Shown here in pieces: positions 36,167 to 44,565 of a stretch of DNA of 64,000 nucleotides (position 1 is its first letter; the number at the start of each line of letters is the position of its first letter). This DNA comes from a virus (taxonomy: Duplodnaviria > Caudoviricetes). The notes beneath the pieces are model-generated. The model was not told the DNA's origin, made no database searches, and saw nothing but the letters and a program-made list of their open reading frames with translations. Location of the stretch: the IMG/VR virus record IMGVR_UViG_3300020316_000005, positions 1 through 64,000 of that record. One strand, given 5' to 3'. Both the position numbers and the translations under genes were made by a program.

Positions 36167-37633
36167 TTAGTTTCCTCCTAATTTGATCTCTGTGATTGAG
36201 TAGTCAAACTTTTCATCCTTGTAAATGCGGATACGTTCAACCAAGTGATTCAAAGTTGCGTTACGAAAACGCCCATTGCTAATATCATCAGCGAAATCAT
36301 ATAGAGTTGCGCGACCTTTAGAGTCGTGCGTTCTGAGAGCTCTACCTATAGATTGTAAGTTTCGTATTCTTGATTTAGATGGGGATGCAAATATTACGTT
36401 GTGTAGGTTTTTAATATTGATACCAGTTGAGAAAGTACCGTATGAAGCAAGAATGATGGCGTTGTCACTTTGCTCACATATGCTGCGAATCTCTTCTCGT
36501 TCTTCAGTGGGGACACCACCGTGTACGAAGAAAAGTTTTTTACCTTCCCCACGACTATTTAGCAGGTCCCAAAGTGGGTCTCCGTGTTTTTCCACGTAGT
36601 TGAATAGGATCAGCGTGTTGCCAGTTAGATCCCGCGCAAGTCCTGTGATGATTTTGTTGCGTTTTTCGTGAGAGATGATATAGTTCATCTCGTCGTGATA
36701 ACTATCAAACCCAATATAATCGTGCTTACACACTAGGATATTGATCTTCAGGTCAGACAATGCGCCACGTTCCTGTAGATCCTTAGTTCTGATATTACGA
36801 TTCACTTGTCCGAATACACCTTCCAGTTGTAACTGGTGAGATTGCATTCCATCTAACGTGCCAGTCAAACCAATACGATGATTGGCATCGTGACACTTGT
36901 TCAGGATTGATGTTAGGGACTTTGCTTTGAAGAGGTGCGCTTCATCACCGATAACAACATCAAACCTATTAAAGTAATTCTTAGGCTCTTTGTAGATAGA
37001 TTGCCACGTAGATATGACGACAGGACTTGTGACATAACGGTCTTGCCCTCCATAGATCTTACTGACGTAATGCTTTGCGTTCCATCCATACTCTTGAAAG
37101 TCTTGATAAAGTTGTTCAACCAAAGAGGTTGTGGGAACAATGATTAGAATCTCGCGGTTGAACTGTAAGTGCCAACGTACGAGACTGTAGATAATCAGAG
37201 ATTTCCCAGACCCAGTGGGTGATAGTAAGAGTCTACGGCGATGTCGAAGTGCGCTATAAATTGATTGCAGTTGGTAATCTCTTGCCTTGAAAGGCAGACG
37301 TAGAGATCTAACAAAACCCGCAACTGCCTCAGGTGATATGCTGACATCTTGGTCCCCAGGTGTTCCATAATACTTAGACTCCTCAATGGTATATTCGTAG
37401 CCTTTTGTTTCAAGCCACTCAGTTAGGTATGGAAACAATCCCACGTGAAGTTCTCCAGTGCCAGGAGAGTACAAACGGATGTGTCCGTCCCATCTCTTAT
37501 ACCTGCGTTGCTTCTGGAGAAACTTCGCTTCGGGTACCTCAAACTTAAAGTATTCTGAGAGTTCCTGGTGGATATGTAAGTCTGTTCTAATCTTGAGGAA
37601 TACTTCGTTCTTCTTCTCAATAATCGTCATCAT
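36167..37633 (-). CDS. uvsW: UvsW helicase
   Basis: SPTGSGKS, GDEAH, GLTGT, QSIGR. Confidence 0.96.
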   Translation of the reverse strand: MMTIIEKKNEVFLKIRTDLHIHQELSEYFKFEVPEAKFLQKQRRYKRWDGHIRLYSPGTGELHVGLFPYLTEWLETKGYEYTIEESKYYGTPGDQDVSISPEAVAGFVRSLRLPFKARDYQLQSIYSALRHRRRLLLSPTGSGKSLIIYSLVRWHLQFNREILIIVPTTSLVEQLYQDFQEYGWNAKHYVSKIYGGQDRYVTSPVVISTWQSIYKEPKNYFNRFDVVIGDEAHLFKAKSLTSILNKCHDANHRIGLTGTLDGMQSHQLQLEGVFGQVNRNIRTKDLQERGALSDLKINILVCKHDYIGFDSYHDEMNYIISHEKRNKIITGLARDLTGNTLILFNYVEKHGDPLWDLLNSRGEGKKLFFVHGGVPTEEREEIRSICEQSDNAIILASYGTFSTGINIKNLHNVIFASPSKSRIRNLQSIGRALRTHDSKGRATLYDFADDISNGRFRNATLNHLVERIRIYKDEKFDYSITEIKLGGN

Positions 37634-38052
37634 ACAGGAAACTCAAACCGCTTTGCATCAATCGCGTTCTTCACTTGGAATCCGCGATTGTTAATCATCT
37701 TGAGAATGTTCTCAATGTAATTTATGCAAGTTTCAAAGTATGCGATTTTGAGTTGCTGTTTTTGAATGTCCTCATCACTCTCAAGGAATGTGTTAATATC
37801 TCCCTTAAGAACTTTTAGATCAAATGCTTCTCCGTCGTCGTTGCACGTCTTACCGTTGTACCACAACCACTTCTCACGCCAAATCCTCTTGAGTTTCATC
37901 TTTTCATCCTCAAGAATCAATTTGTATTTGTTGAAGTATACGAAGTATTTTTGATGTAGTCTGGGTATGACTAGAGATTCCTCTCCCAGATTCATCTCAT
38001 CAAACAGACAGTCCTTTGCCCAGGACTGCTGCAATTCATCAAGTAGTGCCAT
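37630..38052 (-). CDS. uvsY: Recombination mediator UvsY
   Basis: PRLHQKY...RGFQVKNAID; synteny with uvsW. Confidence 0.9.
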   Translation of the reverse strand: MALLDELQQSWAKDCLFDEMNLGEESLVIPRLHQKYFVYFNKYKLILEDEKMKLKRIWREKWLWYNGKTCNDDGEAFDLKVLKGDINTFLESDEDIQKQQLKIAYFETCINYIENILKMINNRGFQVKNAIDAKRFEFPV

Positions 38053-38055
38053 AAT

Positions 38056-38619
38056 TTATTTTAGTTTGGCAACTCGTGTGCCATCAAGTGTTTGGATTTC
38101 GTATGATAGGAAGTCGAAGGTTGCTTGCGCTTGGAAATACTCTTGATCACCTAAAGTTGCATCAAAGTCGAGTGTACTAAGATCAACAGGTTTCAGATCT
38201 TGGAATACAACATTGAACTTTGGATTGAAGTTTGAATCTAAGATGCTCAGAGTTCCATCAGCAAAACGGAAGTCTGATCCCAAATCACGGTTTCGTGAAG
38301 TGGTATTAGCTTCAAGTTCAAATTCTGCTCGCTCGGAGAATCTATCTGGAACACCAAGTGCTCTCATCCAGTTATGGAGGATGATATAGTTTTCGAGATC
38401 CTCGTCCACAATGAACGTAAGGTTCAACCTACTGTAAGAAATTGTTCCGTCAATGAATGTTTCACGGTACGGGGTAGGCGCTTGAACCATAGACAACTGC
38501 ATACCAGGTATGCTTGCCATTTGTGCAAAGTATGCAACCTTAGGATACTTTGCCAGGGTAAAACGGAAACCACCTGGGGAAAGAAAGTTTCTATTGCTGA
38601 TTTGAGTAGCGAATGACAT
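38056..38619 (-). CDS. g3: Tail completion / tube terminator gp3
   Basis: NFLSP.GF, VDEDLENY, tail-tube-like motifs; synteny. Confidence 0.85.
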   Translation of the reverse strand: MSFATQISNRNFLSPGGFRFTLAKYPKVAYFAQMASIPGMQLSMVQAPTPYRETFIDGTISYSRLNLTFIVDEDLENYIILHNWMRALGVPDRFSERAEFELEANTTSRNRDLGSDFRFADGTLSILDSNFNPKFNVVFQDLKPVDLSTLDFDATLGDQEYFQAQATFDFLSYEIQTLDGTRVAKLK

Positions 38620-38645
38620 TTGCTATATTAGTGGTCTCCGTACTC

Positions 38646-38653
38646 TATTTAGT
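38646..38653 (-). promoter_or_regulatory. Late promoter ACTAAATA for g3
   Basis: About 27 nt upstream of 38619. Confidence 0.6.
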
Positions 38654-38813
38654 ACCGATACTCCTCAATAATGTTCAGGACTTTGTTGAGCATCTCGTGT
38701 GCACCGTCGTGGAAGTCTCCATTCTTGTGCTGGTAGTTTCCGTTGTAGAGCATATGCTTGAGCTTGAGGACGCGACATTCCATTTCCTTTCGTGTCATTC
38801 CATTCCTTGGCAT
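38649..38813 (-). CDS. Small conserved hypothetical protein (54 aa, not in ORF track)
   Basis: MPRNGMTRKEMECRVLKLKHMLYNG...DGAHEMLNKVLNIIEEYRY; preceded by TGTAAATA at 38835-38842. Confidence 0.6.
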   Translation of the reverse strand: MPRNGMTRKEMECRVLKLKHMLYNGNYQHKNGDFHDGAHEMLNKVLNIIEEYRY

Positions 38814-38843
38814 AGGTACTAGCATCATATCATTTATTTACAC

Positions 38844-38868
38844 AAAAAAAGGACCCCGAAGGGTCCTT
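38844..38868 (-). terminator. g23 terminator with UUCG tetraloop
   Basis: GGACCC-TTCG-GGGTCC-TTTTTTT. Confidence 0.9.
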
Positions 38869-38893
38869 GTGTGTTGAATATATGACCAACGGA

Positions 38894-40240
38894 TCACATA
38901 AGGTTGTCAACCAGAACACGTCTGTAGTAACGGTTAGCGTTAGCGGTGAGTGCACCACTACCCTGGGAGGTACCTTCTGCGAAGGGGTTAGCAACGAGAC
39001 CGTATCTGGTCTTGAAGCCGATCTTCGGCTGGAAGGTGTCCTGACCAACGGCGCGAACCATCTGCAGAGGCACGTAAGGGCAGTAGAAGAGACCTGCGTC
39101 ATATGCACTGCTACCTTTGTAACCTGCCACATAGAAGTGACGGTCAGAAACGTTAGCAGAGTAAGGATCGACGTAGACCTTAATACGACCGTTAAGAGTA
39201 CCTGCGAGGGTGCTGCTGTTGTCGTCGGGGAGCAGGTTGCTGTTACCAGCAAGTGCGGGGGTGTAGTCAAGAACACCAGCCATAGACAGAGCAGATGCCA
39301 CATCAGCGGAGCAGATGAGGATGTTGCCCTTTCCACGACGAGTCTCGTGACCGATTGCGTTCATATCTCTCTCAATCTGGAAGAGGAGACCCTTGAACTT
39401 CTCAACAGACCAGCGACCGTTGGAGTCAACGTCGAGGTCGAAGATACCTGCAGTTGCAGTGTTGTTCTGAGCGCCAGGACGAGCGATCTTGTAGACAGTT
39501 CTAACAACTTCTCTGTTGATCTCAGCGAGAACTTCAGTAGAAAGGATGTTAGCGAGTTCGCTCTCAGCATCCAGACCGTGAACTGCTTTCAGGTCTTGAG
39601 CAAGTTCCAAGCTGTACTCAGCTTTCAGTGCTCTGGACTTAGCAGTCACAGTGACCTTCTCGATGGAGAAGTTCATTTCTGCGAACTGGTTACCTGCAGC
39701 ATCACCCAGTGCTTCTGCCTCGGCGGTAGGCATACCGTCGGAGGTGTTGTAGGTGCCGCTGTCGTTCAGCAGACCAGGGTTGCTACCTGCCTGAGCAGTT
39801 CTACCCAGATCAGATGCTGCGTTCTCTGCGGAGAACTCGGTGTCTGCCTCGTTGAAGAATGCTTCAGTACCAGCAGTACGGTTGGTGCCATAACGGGAGC
39901 GCATTGCGAAGATCAGACCAGTAGGTCCAGTCATCGGTTGCACACCTGCGATGTCATAAGCAATCAGCTTAGGCATCGAACGGCGAATGAGGCTAATCAG
40001 AACGGGGTCGAAACCAGCAACAGGACCAGTTGCAGTGGAAGAACCACTGAAACCAGCAGTGCCAGCAGACATTGTAGGTGCTGCTTCAGTCAGCACGCCA
40101 CGCTCTTCAGCCAGGAACTTTTCTTGGTTTTCAAGCAGGACTGCGGTTACCGCTTTCTTATAGCTATCCTTGATGGAATCAAGACCTTCGCAATTAAGAA
40201 CGGGGGACCACTTTTCCTGCAGATGCTCGGATTTGAACAT
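38894..40240 (-). CDS. g23: Major capsid protein gp23
   Basis: LLENQ, GVQPMTGPTGLIFAMR, EINRE, FYCPYVP, KTRYG; VLTE-A cleavage site. Confidence 0.99.
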   Translation of the reverse strand: MFKSEHLQEKWSPVLNCEGLDSIKDSYKKAVTAVLLENQEKFLAEERGVLTEAAPTMSAGTAGFSGSSTATGPVAGFDPVLISLIRRSMPKLIAYDIAGVQPMTGPTGLIFAMRSRYGTNRTAGTEAFFNEADTEFSAENAASDLGRTAQAGSNPGLLNDSGTYNTSDGMPTAEAEALGDAAGNQFAEMNFSIEKVTVTAKSRALKAEYSLELAQDLKAVHGLDAESELANILSTEVLAEINREVVRTVYKIARPGAQNNTATAGIFDLDVDSNGRWSVEKFKGLLFQIERDMNAIGHETRRGKGNILICSADVASALSMAGVLDYTPALAGNSNLLPDDNSSTLAGTLNGRIKVYVDPYSANVSDRHFYVAGYKGSSAYDAGLFYCPYVPLQMVRAVGQDTFQPKIGFKTRYGLVANPFAEGTSQGSGALTANANRYYRRVLVDNLM

Positions 40241-40294
40241 TTGCTTTTTACCTCTTTAGGTTATAGTTTTGGAAAAATTGGTTTAATGACTAAT

Positions 40295-41287
40295 TCACTT
40301 AGTCCAGCGACGGAGCGCATCGACGTAACGTGACATCGATTCCGTCATATCGCTATCCACAACAGGTTGGACATCTTCAGCAATCGTCTCTGCTGCCGCT
40401 TGGGGCTTGCTAGAGAAATACGACTCTTTCAGAGTCTCGATTTTGCTGCGGAATGACTCTTCATCTTCAAACTCAACACCCTCTGCCAGACCAGCAAGCT
40501 TTTCCCTTTCGGTAGCTGCCAGACCCTCAGAGATCTCACTCACAATCCCATTCTTCACGAATGCACCAACCTCACGGGTCAGAGCAACGTTCTTATCGAT
40601 TTGCTCGTTGAGTTTTGCTTCCATCGAATCTAGTTCTGTCACCATCTCAGAGATGATGTCAGTTTTTTCTTCGGGAACCTCAATATGGTTCTCGACGAAT
40701 ACTTTTTTGAGACCAGCAACAACGCTCTCAGCAATCTCGGACTTCAGTCCAGTTTCGATTGCGATCTCGTTCTTGCCCATCCACTCTTGCACAGCATAAG
40801 TCAGATACTCATCGACTTGCTCTGCGAGAGAAGCTTTGACTGACTCAACCTGCTCACTGAGTGCTGTTGCATACTCACCGTGAACACGATCGAGTTCCTC
40901 GTTGAGGCGGGAAACAACTGCAGCTTCAAAGATTGTTGCTGCTTTTGCCTTGAACTCCTCACTCAGGTCCTCGCCCTCAGTCAGTGCTGCCACGTCTGCG
41001 CTCAGATCGATTTCGATCAGTTCATCACCTTCAGCATTCTCTGCTTCCACAGATTCGTGCTTCTTGGGCGATGCGTCAGAGGGCTTGGTCTTGGGCGCGG
41101 ATGCCTGGGTCTGAGAAGGAGTCTTCAGTTTGTTAGACTCATCATCAGGTTTGTTGTTTGTAGGGGTAGGACCGCCCAGGTCCTCAACCGATCCCAGCGA
41201 AGAACCATCAGCAACGGCACCGTCGAACTTAGCTTCGGTGACTTCTTGTTGTTCTTCGGAAACCATCACTTCTTTTTCTTGCGACAT
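40295..41287 (-). CDS. g22: Prohead core scaffold gp22
   Basis: LSEEFK.KAATIFEAAV, VDEYL.Y, LKESYF. Confidence 0.95.
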   Translation of the reverse strand: MSQEKEVMVSEEQQEVTEAKFDGAVADGSSLGSVEDLGGPTPTNNKPDDESNKLKTPSQTQASAPKTKPSDASPKKHESVEAENAEGDELIEIDLSADVAALTEGEDLSEEFKAKAATIFEAAVVSRLNEELDRVHGEYATALSEQVESVKASLAEQVDEYLTYAVQEWMGKNEIAIETGLKSEIAESVVAGLKKVFVENHIEVPEEKTDIISEMVTELDSMEAKLNEQIDKNVALTREVGAFVKNGIVSEISEGLAATEREKLAGLAEGVEFEDEESFRSKIETLKESYFSSKPQAAAETIAEDVQPVVDSDMTESMSRYVDALRRWTK

Positions 41288-41324
41288 TGGTTGTCTCCTT
41301 AGTAGTCTTTGCTATTCTTAGAAA

Positions 41325-41332
41325 TATTTATC
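41325..41332 (-). promoter_or_regulatory. Late promoter GATAAATA for g22
   Basis: Intergenic. Confidence 0.7.
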
Positions 41333-41334
41333 GT

Positions 41335-41985
41335 TTACAGAGTTTTAAGGAACTGAGAAAACGCGGAAAGTTTGCGCTCTTCCAGAACTGCTCTGTTAGG
41401 AGCATTGTCAATACTCCTTTTAATCGTTGCAACTTCGGACTCTCTAATGATTCCGTTGTTCCAGACCCACTCTTTACCTTCCATAATTCCGTTCACAAAT
41501 GCGTCAGGAGCAGAAGGATCAGCAACAATATCTGCTGCTGTAGCGAGCATAAAGTCGTCGGCAACGATCTTTACACCTTCACTGGAGGTTTGCAGTGAAC
41601 CAATGCCACGAGAAGAAACGCCAAGTTTGACGCCTTCATCGAGAAGATTCTTTGCGATGTTACCCATAGGTGTATCAAGGATGCGTGCACGTCCCTTGAA
41701 GTTATTTCCTTCCTGAACCAGGGAGGTGATAACGTGGGAGACACGATCCAAGTTGACGGTAGGACCGTCGGGATGACCCAGTTCACCAAGAGCGCGACCC
41801 GTCTTAATGAATGATTCATTATATTTAGCGACTTCGCGAGCAAGTGTACTGATGGGATACATCCGACCATTGCGGTTTTTGATCTCACCTTGAAGGAAAG
41901 TACCTTCAATGTACAGACGCTTCTTACCGTTCTTTTCTTCGGTTAGAAGTTCAATGTCTTCAATCGTTTCCGTGATCAGTTTCAT
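41335..41985 (-). CDS. g21: Prohead protease gp21
   Basis: MKLITE, GELGHP, GVSSRG.GS, DIVADPSAPDA. Confidence 0.97.
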   Translation of the reverse strand: MKLITETIEDIELLTEEKNGKKRLYIEGTFLQGEIKNRNGRMYPISTLAREVAKYNESFIKTGRALGELGHPDGPTVNLDRVSHVITSLVQEGNNFKGRARILDTPMGNIAKNLLDEGVKLGVSSRGIGSLQTSSEGVKIVADDFMLATAADIVADPSAPDAFVNGIMEGKEWVWNNGIIRESEVATIKRSIDNAPNRAVLEERKLSAFSQFLKTL

Positions 41986-42160
41986 CAGTTTCCTCTTCAG
42001 GTGTTTCTGTGGGGTTCATCCAGTTACCAGCAATGTCCTTCTTTTTTGCTTCAAGAGCATCAGCAGTCATTGCCTTCAGTGCGACATCGACCTCCTTACT
42101 GAGATCCTTAGATCCCGTAAAAAGTTTATTTACGATGTCCATAGCATCTACGCTAGCCAT
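41960..42160 (-). CDS. Small prohead core protein (gp67/gp68 position)
   Basis: Small acidic ORF between g20 and g21 with its own late promoter. Confidence 0.55.
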   Translation of the reverse strand: MASVDAMDIVNKLFTGSKDLSKEVDVALKAMTADALEAKKKDIAGNWMNPTETPEEETDETDHGND

Positions 42161-42184
42161 AATGTTAGATTGTCATAACAGTAT

Positions 42185-42192
42185 TATTTAGA
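42185..42192 (-). promoter_or_regulatory. Late promoter TCTAAATA
   Basis: Overlaps the g20 stop. Confidence 0.6.
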
Positions 42193-43810
42193 ATTCTCCG
42201 CGTTTGTAGTCTGCGGGCGCAATAGATTCAACTCCGCCAGGACCAGTTTCTTCTTCAGGAACTTCGCCCATAGCATTAGGATCTTCTAATGGCATTCCAG
42301 TTGCGGGATCAACAGATGCGGGATCCATCAACTTTCCACTTTCAATTTCTTTTTCAATTTGCTTGTCGATTTCTCTGATCTCAGCATCAGTCTGCTTAAG
42401 GATCTGACGGCGGAGATAATCAAGTGAGAAATACTTACCAGCAAAAGGATCCATTGTCGCAAGGAGATTCAGACGTTCAGTCATAATCTCTTTCTCCTTC
42501 AGTTCCGCGAAGTAGTTATCCGCGATGAAGTCATACTGAATGTGCTCTGCCATATCTTCCCAATCTTCGATTGAGCAGATACCTTTGAGAACCAGTTGTG
42601 TCTTCAGCAGATCGTGGAACAGTTCGGAGAACTTCTTACGAAGGCGAGTGACAAATTTTTGAAATTTAATTTCGTCGCGTGTGATTTCAGCAGCGCGACC
42701 CAAATTAAATGTTGACTCAGATTCAAGACGTGACTCAGGAACATTGAGTGCACGGTAGAGTTTCTTTTGGAAATACTTTACGTCCTCAAGCTCTCCAAGA
42801 TTTTGTCCACCTGGGAGCGTAGTGATTTCAGTACCTCTTCCACCTTCACGTCTTGGGAGCCAGAAGTCTTCGAGCATCGACATAAATTTTCTGTCGTCTC
42901 GGATTTCCCCTGTGTCGGCATTGTATACAAGTTTGTTTCTATAACGGGACATCACCTCACGGAGGTATTGTTCCGCTTTTTGTTTGGGAAGATTGCCCAC
43001 GTCAATGTAGAAAATTCTACGTTCTGGTGCGCGGGACAAACGATAGATCACAAGACTGTCTTCAATCATTCTAAGTTGATTGAGAGCTTTGATTGCCTTG
43101 TGCAAATGTGACATAATCACATTCTTGTTCATATCCTTCAGACCAGAGTGGCAGAAGGCAATAGCATCAGGAGCAACCTTGATACCAGCAGTCTCTGCCG
43201 CTCGCAGACCTTTCGGATTGTAAACGTAATATTCAGCAGACTTAGGAGCGAGGTTCGACTCCATAGTGCGCGGATCGACAAACTGCTTATCCTTCGGACG
43301 CTCCAGCTCGATGACCTTGCGAATCTTACGCGGGTCAATGTATCTAAGTTCTGTGATACCACGACGAGGTGACTTTGTATCGATCACCTTGTGGTAATAA
43401 AGTTTCCCGTCAATATACCACCGACGGAAAATGTCGTATGCTTTCTTGTCAAAGTCAAGAAGGCGAAGAACATTCTGAAATTCTTCTCGGATACGCTTCT
43501 TAATTGATTGACTTACTTCGAGGTTGGACAGTTCGATGTCCACTGGAGTATCATCCAGTTCACCTGCGATTGCTTCGTTGACAACATCGTCGATAGCGCG
43601 GTCACATTCTGGATGAATGGACATTTCTCGGTAGCGACGAATCAAATCGTTTTCGTCTTTGTAACTACCATCTAGGTCGATAGCAGTGCCAAAGTATCCA
43701 CCGCCTGCTACGGGAGTAGCAGCATCATCTGACTCTTTACGCACGAAAGAAGGGCCAGGAGACTGACCCTTCTTAGCACGCTCAAGAGAATAACCAAATA
43801 ACTGAGACAT
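42188..43810 (-). CDS. g20: Portal protein gp20
   Basis: RAPERRIFYIDVGNLPK, EDFWLPRREGGRGTEI. Confidence 0.98.
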   Translation of the reverse strand: MSQLFGYSLERAKKGQSPGPSFVRKESDDAATPVAGGGYFGTAIDLDGSYKDENDLIRRYREMSIHPECDRAIDDVVNEAIAGELDDTPVDIELSNLEVSQSIKKRIREEFQNVLRLLDFDKKAYDIFRRWYIDGKLYYHKVIDTKSPRRGITELRYIDPRKIRKVIELERPKDKQFVDPRTMESNLAPKSAEYYVYNPKGLRAAETAGIKVAPDAIAFCHSGLKDMNKNVIMSHLHKAIKALNQLRMIEDSLVIYRLSRAPERRIFYIDVGNLPKQKAEQYLREVMSRYRNKLVYNADTGEIRDDRKFMSMLEDFWLPRREGGRGTEITTLPGGQNLGELEDVKYFQKKLYRALNVPESRLESESTFNLGRAAEITRDEIKFQKFVTRLRKKFSELFHDLLKTQLVLKGICSIEDWEDMAEHIQYDFIADNYFAELKEKEIMTERLNLLATMDPFAGKYFSLDYLRRQILKQTDAEIREIDKQIEKEIESGKLMDPASVDPATGMPLEDPNAMGEVPEEETGPGGVESIAPADYKRGEF

Positions 43811-43839
43811 TGATATGCCGTGTAATTCCTTATCAGATC

Positions 43840-43847
43840 TATTTATC
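43840..43847 (-). promoter_or_regulatory. Late promoter GATAAATA for g20
   Basis: Intergenic, inside the ATCAGAT/ATCTGAT inverted repeat. Confidence 0.7.
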
Positions 43848-43862
43848 TGATTTAGAAATCAC

Positions 43863-44537
43863 TTAGTTTTGGGCATTACCAGTGTTGATGTCAGTATCGT
43901 AGGTCCAGTATTGAACTTGGAACTCGACGGTGTACTCTTCAGGAGTATCGTTGTTGCCCCAATCCAGATCAATCGCGCTGATGTTGCTTGGCCAAATACC
44001 TTCAAACTTGTAGGTACGGATGACGCTACCCTTGCGATCCATCTGTCTAACCTTTGCCATTGCCTGATAGTCAGCGATGGTGTTAGCGTTCTGGAAGTTT
44101 TGCTGGAGTGCTTGAATATTGGAAGACCAAGATTCAAAGAATGCACGGAACTTGAAGGACTGGTCGTTAAGAACAGTCACGGTCCAAGGTTCAAATGTGC
44201 GGTCACCAGCGATCTTCAGCATACGACCACGGTAAGGAACCTCAACAACACCCACTGTAGAAGCGGGGATGTTTGCTGCCTTCACAAGGAAGGTACCGAA
44301 AGCGGATGCGTCAGCTGCGTTAAGTTGGGATGCACCTGCCGAATTCTCCACTCCATCGAGTGCAGAACCAGCGATACCGCCAGACTGAGGGGTAACCCCG
44401 TCCTGAAGGATCGGGGGTGCATAAATTTCGACTTGGAATAGGTTAGGACGTGCAAAGTCTCTAACTTGATCGCGGAAGGTGAAGATCGGAGCTCTTACCG
44501 AGCTCTGCTCCACTTGTCCTGGTTGTGCTTCTGCCAT
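43863..44537 (-). CDS. g19: Tail tube protein gp19
   Basis: ARPNLF, KIAGDRTFEPWTVT, WPSNIS.IDL. Confidence 0.95.
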   Translation of the reverse strand: MAEAQPGQVEQSSVRAPIFTFRDQVRDFARPNLFQVEIYAPPILQDGVTPQSGGIAGSALDGVENSAGASQLNAADASAFGTFLVKAANIPASTVGVVEVPYRGRMLKIAGDRTFEPWTVTVLNDQSFKFRAFFESWSSNIQALQQNFQNANTIADYQAMAKVRQMDRKGSVIRTYKFEGIWPSNISAIDLDWGNNDTPEEYTVEFQVQYWTYDTDINTGNAQN

Positions 44538-44565
44538 TGTTTTCTCCTAGTTAATTCTCTTGAGA

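Noticed and set aside
38867-40333. 488 aa plus-strand ORF opposite g23
   Set aside because: Antisense shadow of a strongly codon-biased gene; no motifs, promoter or SD.
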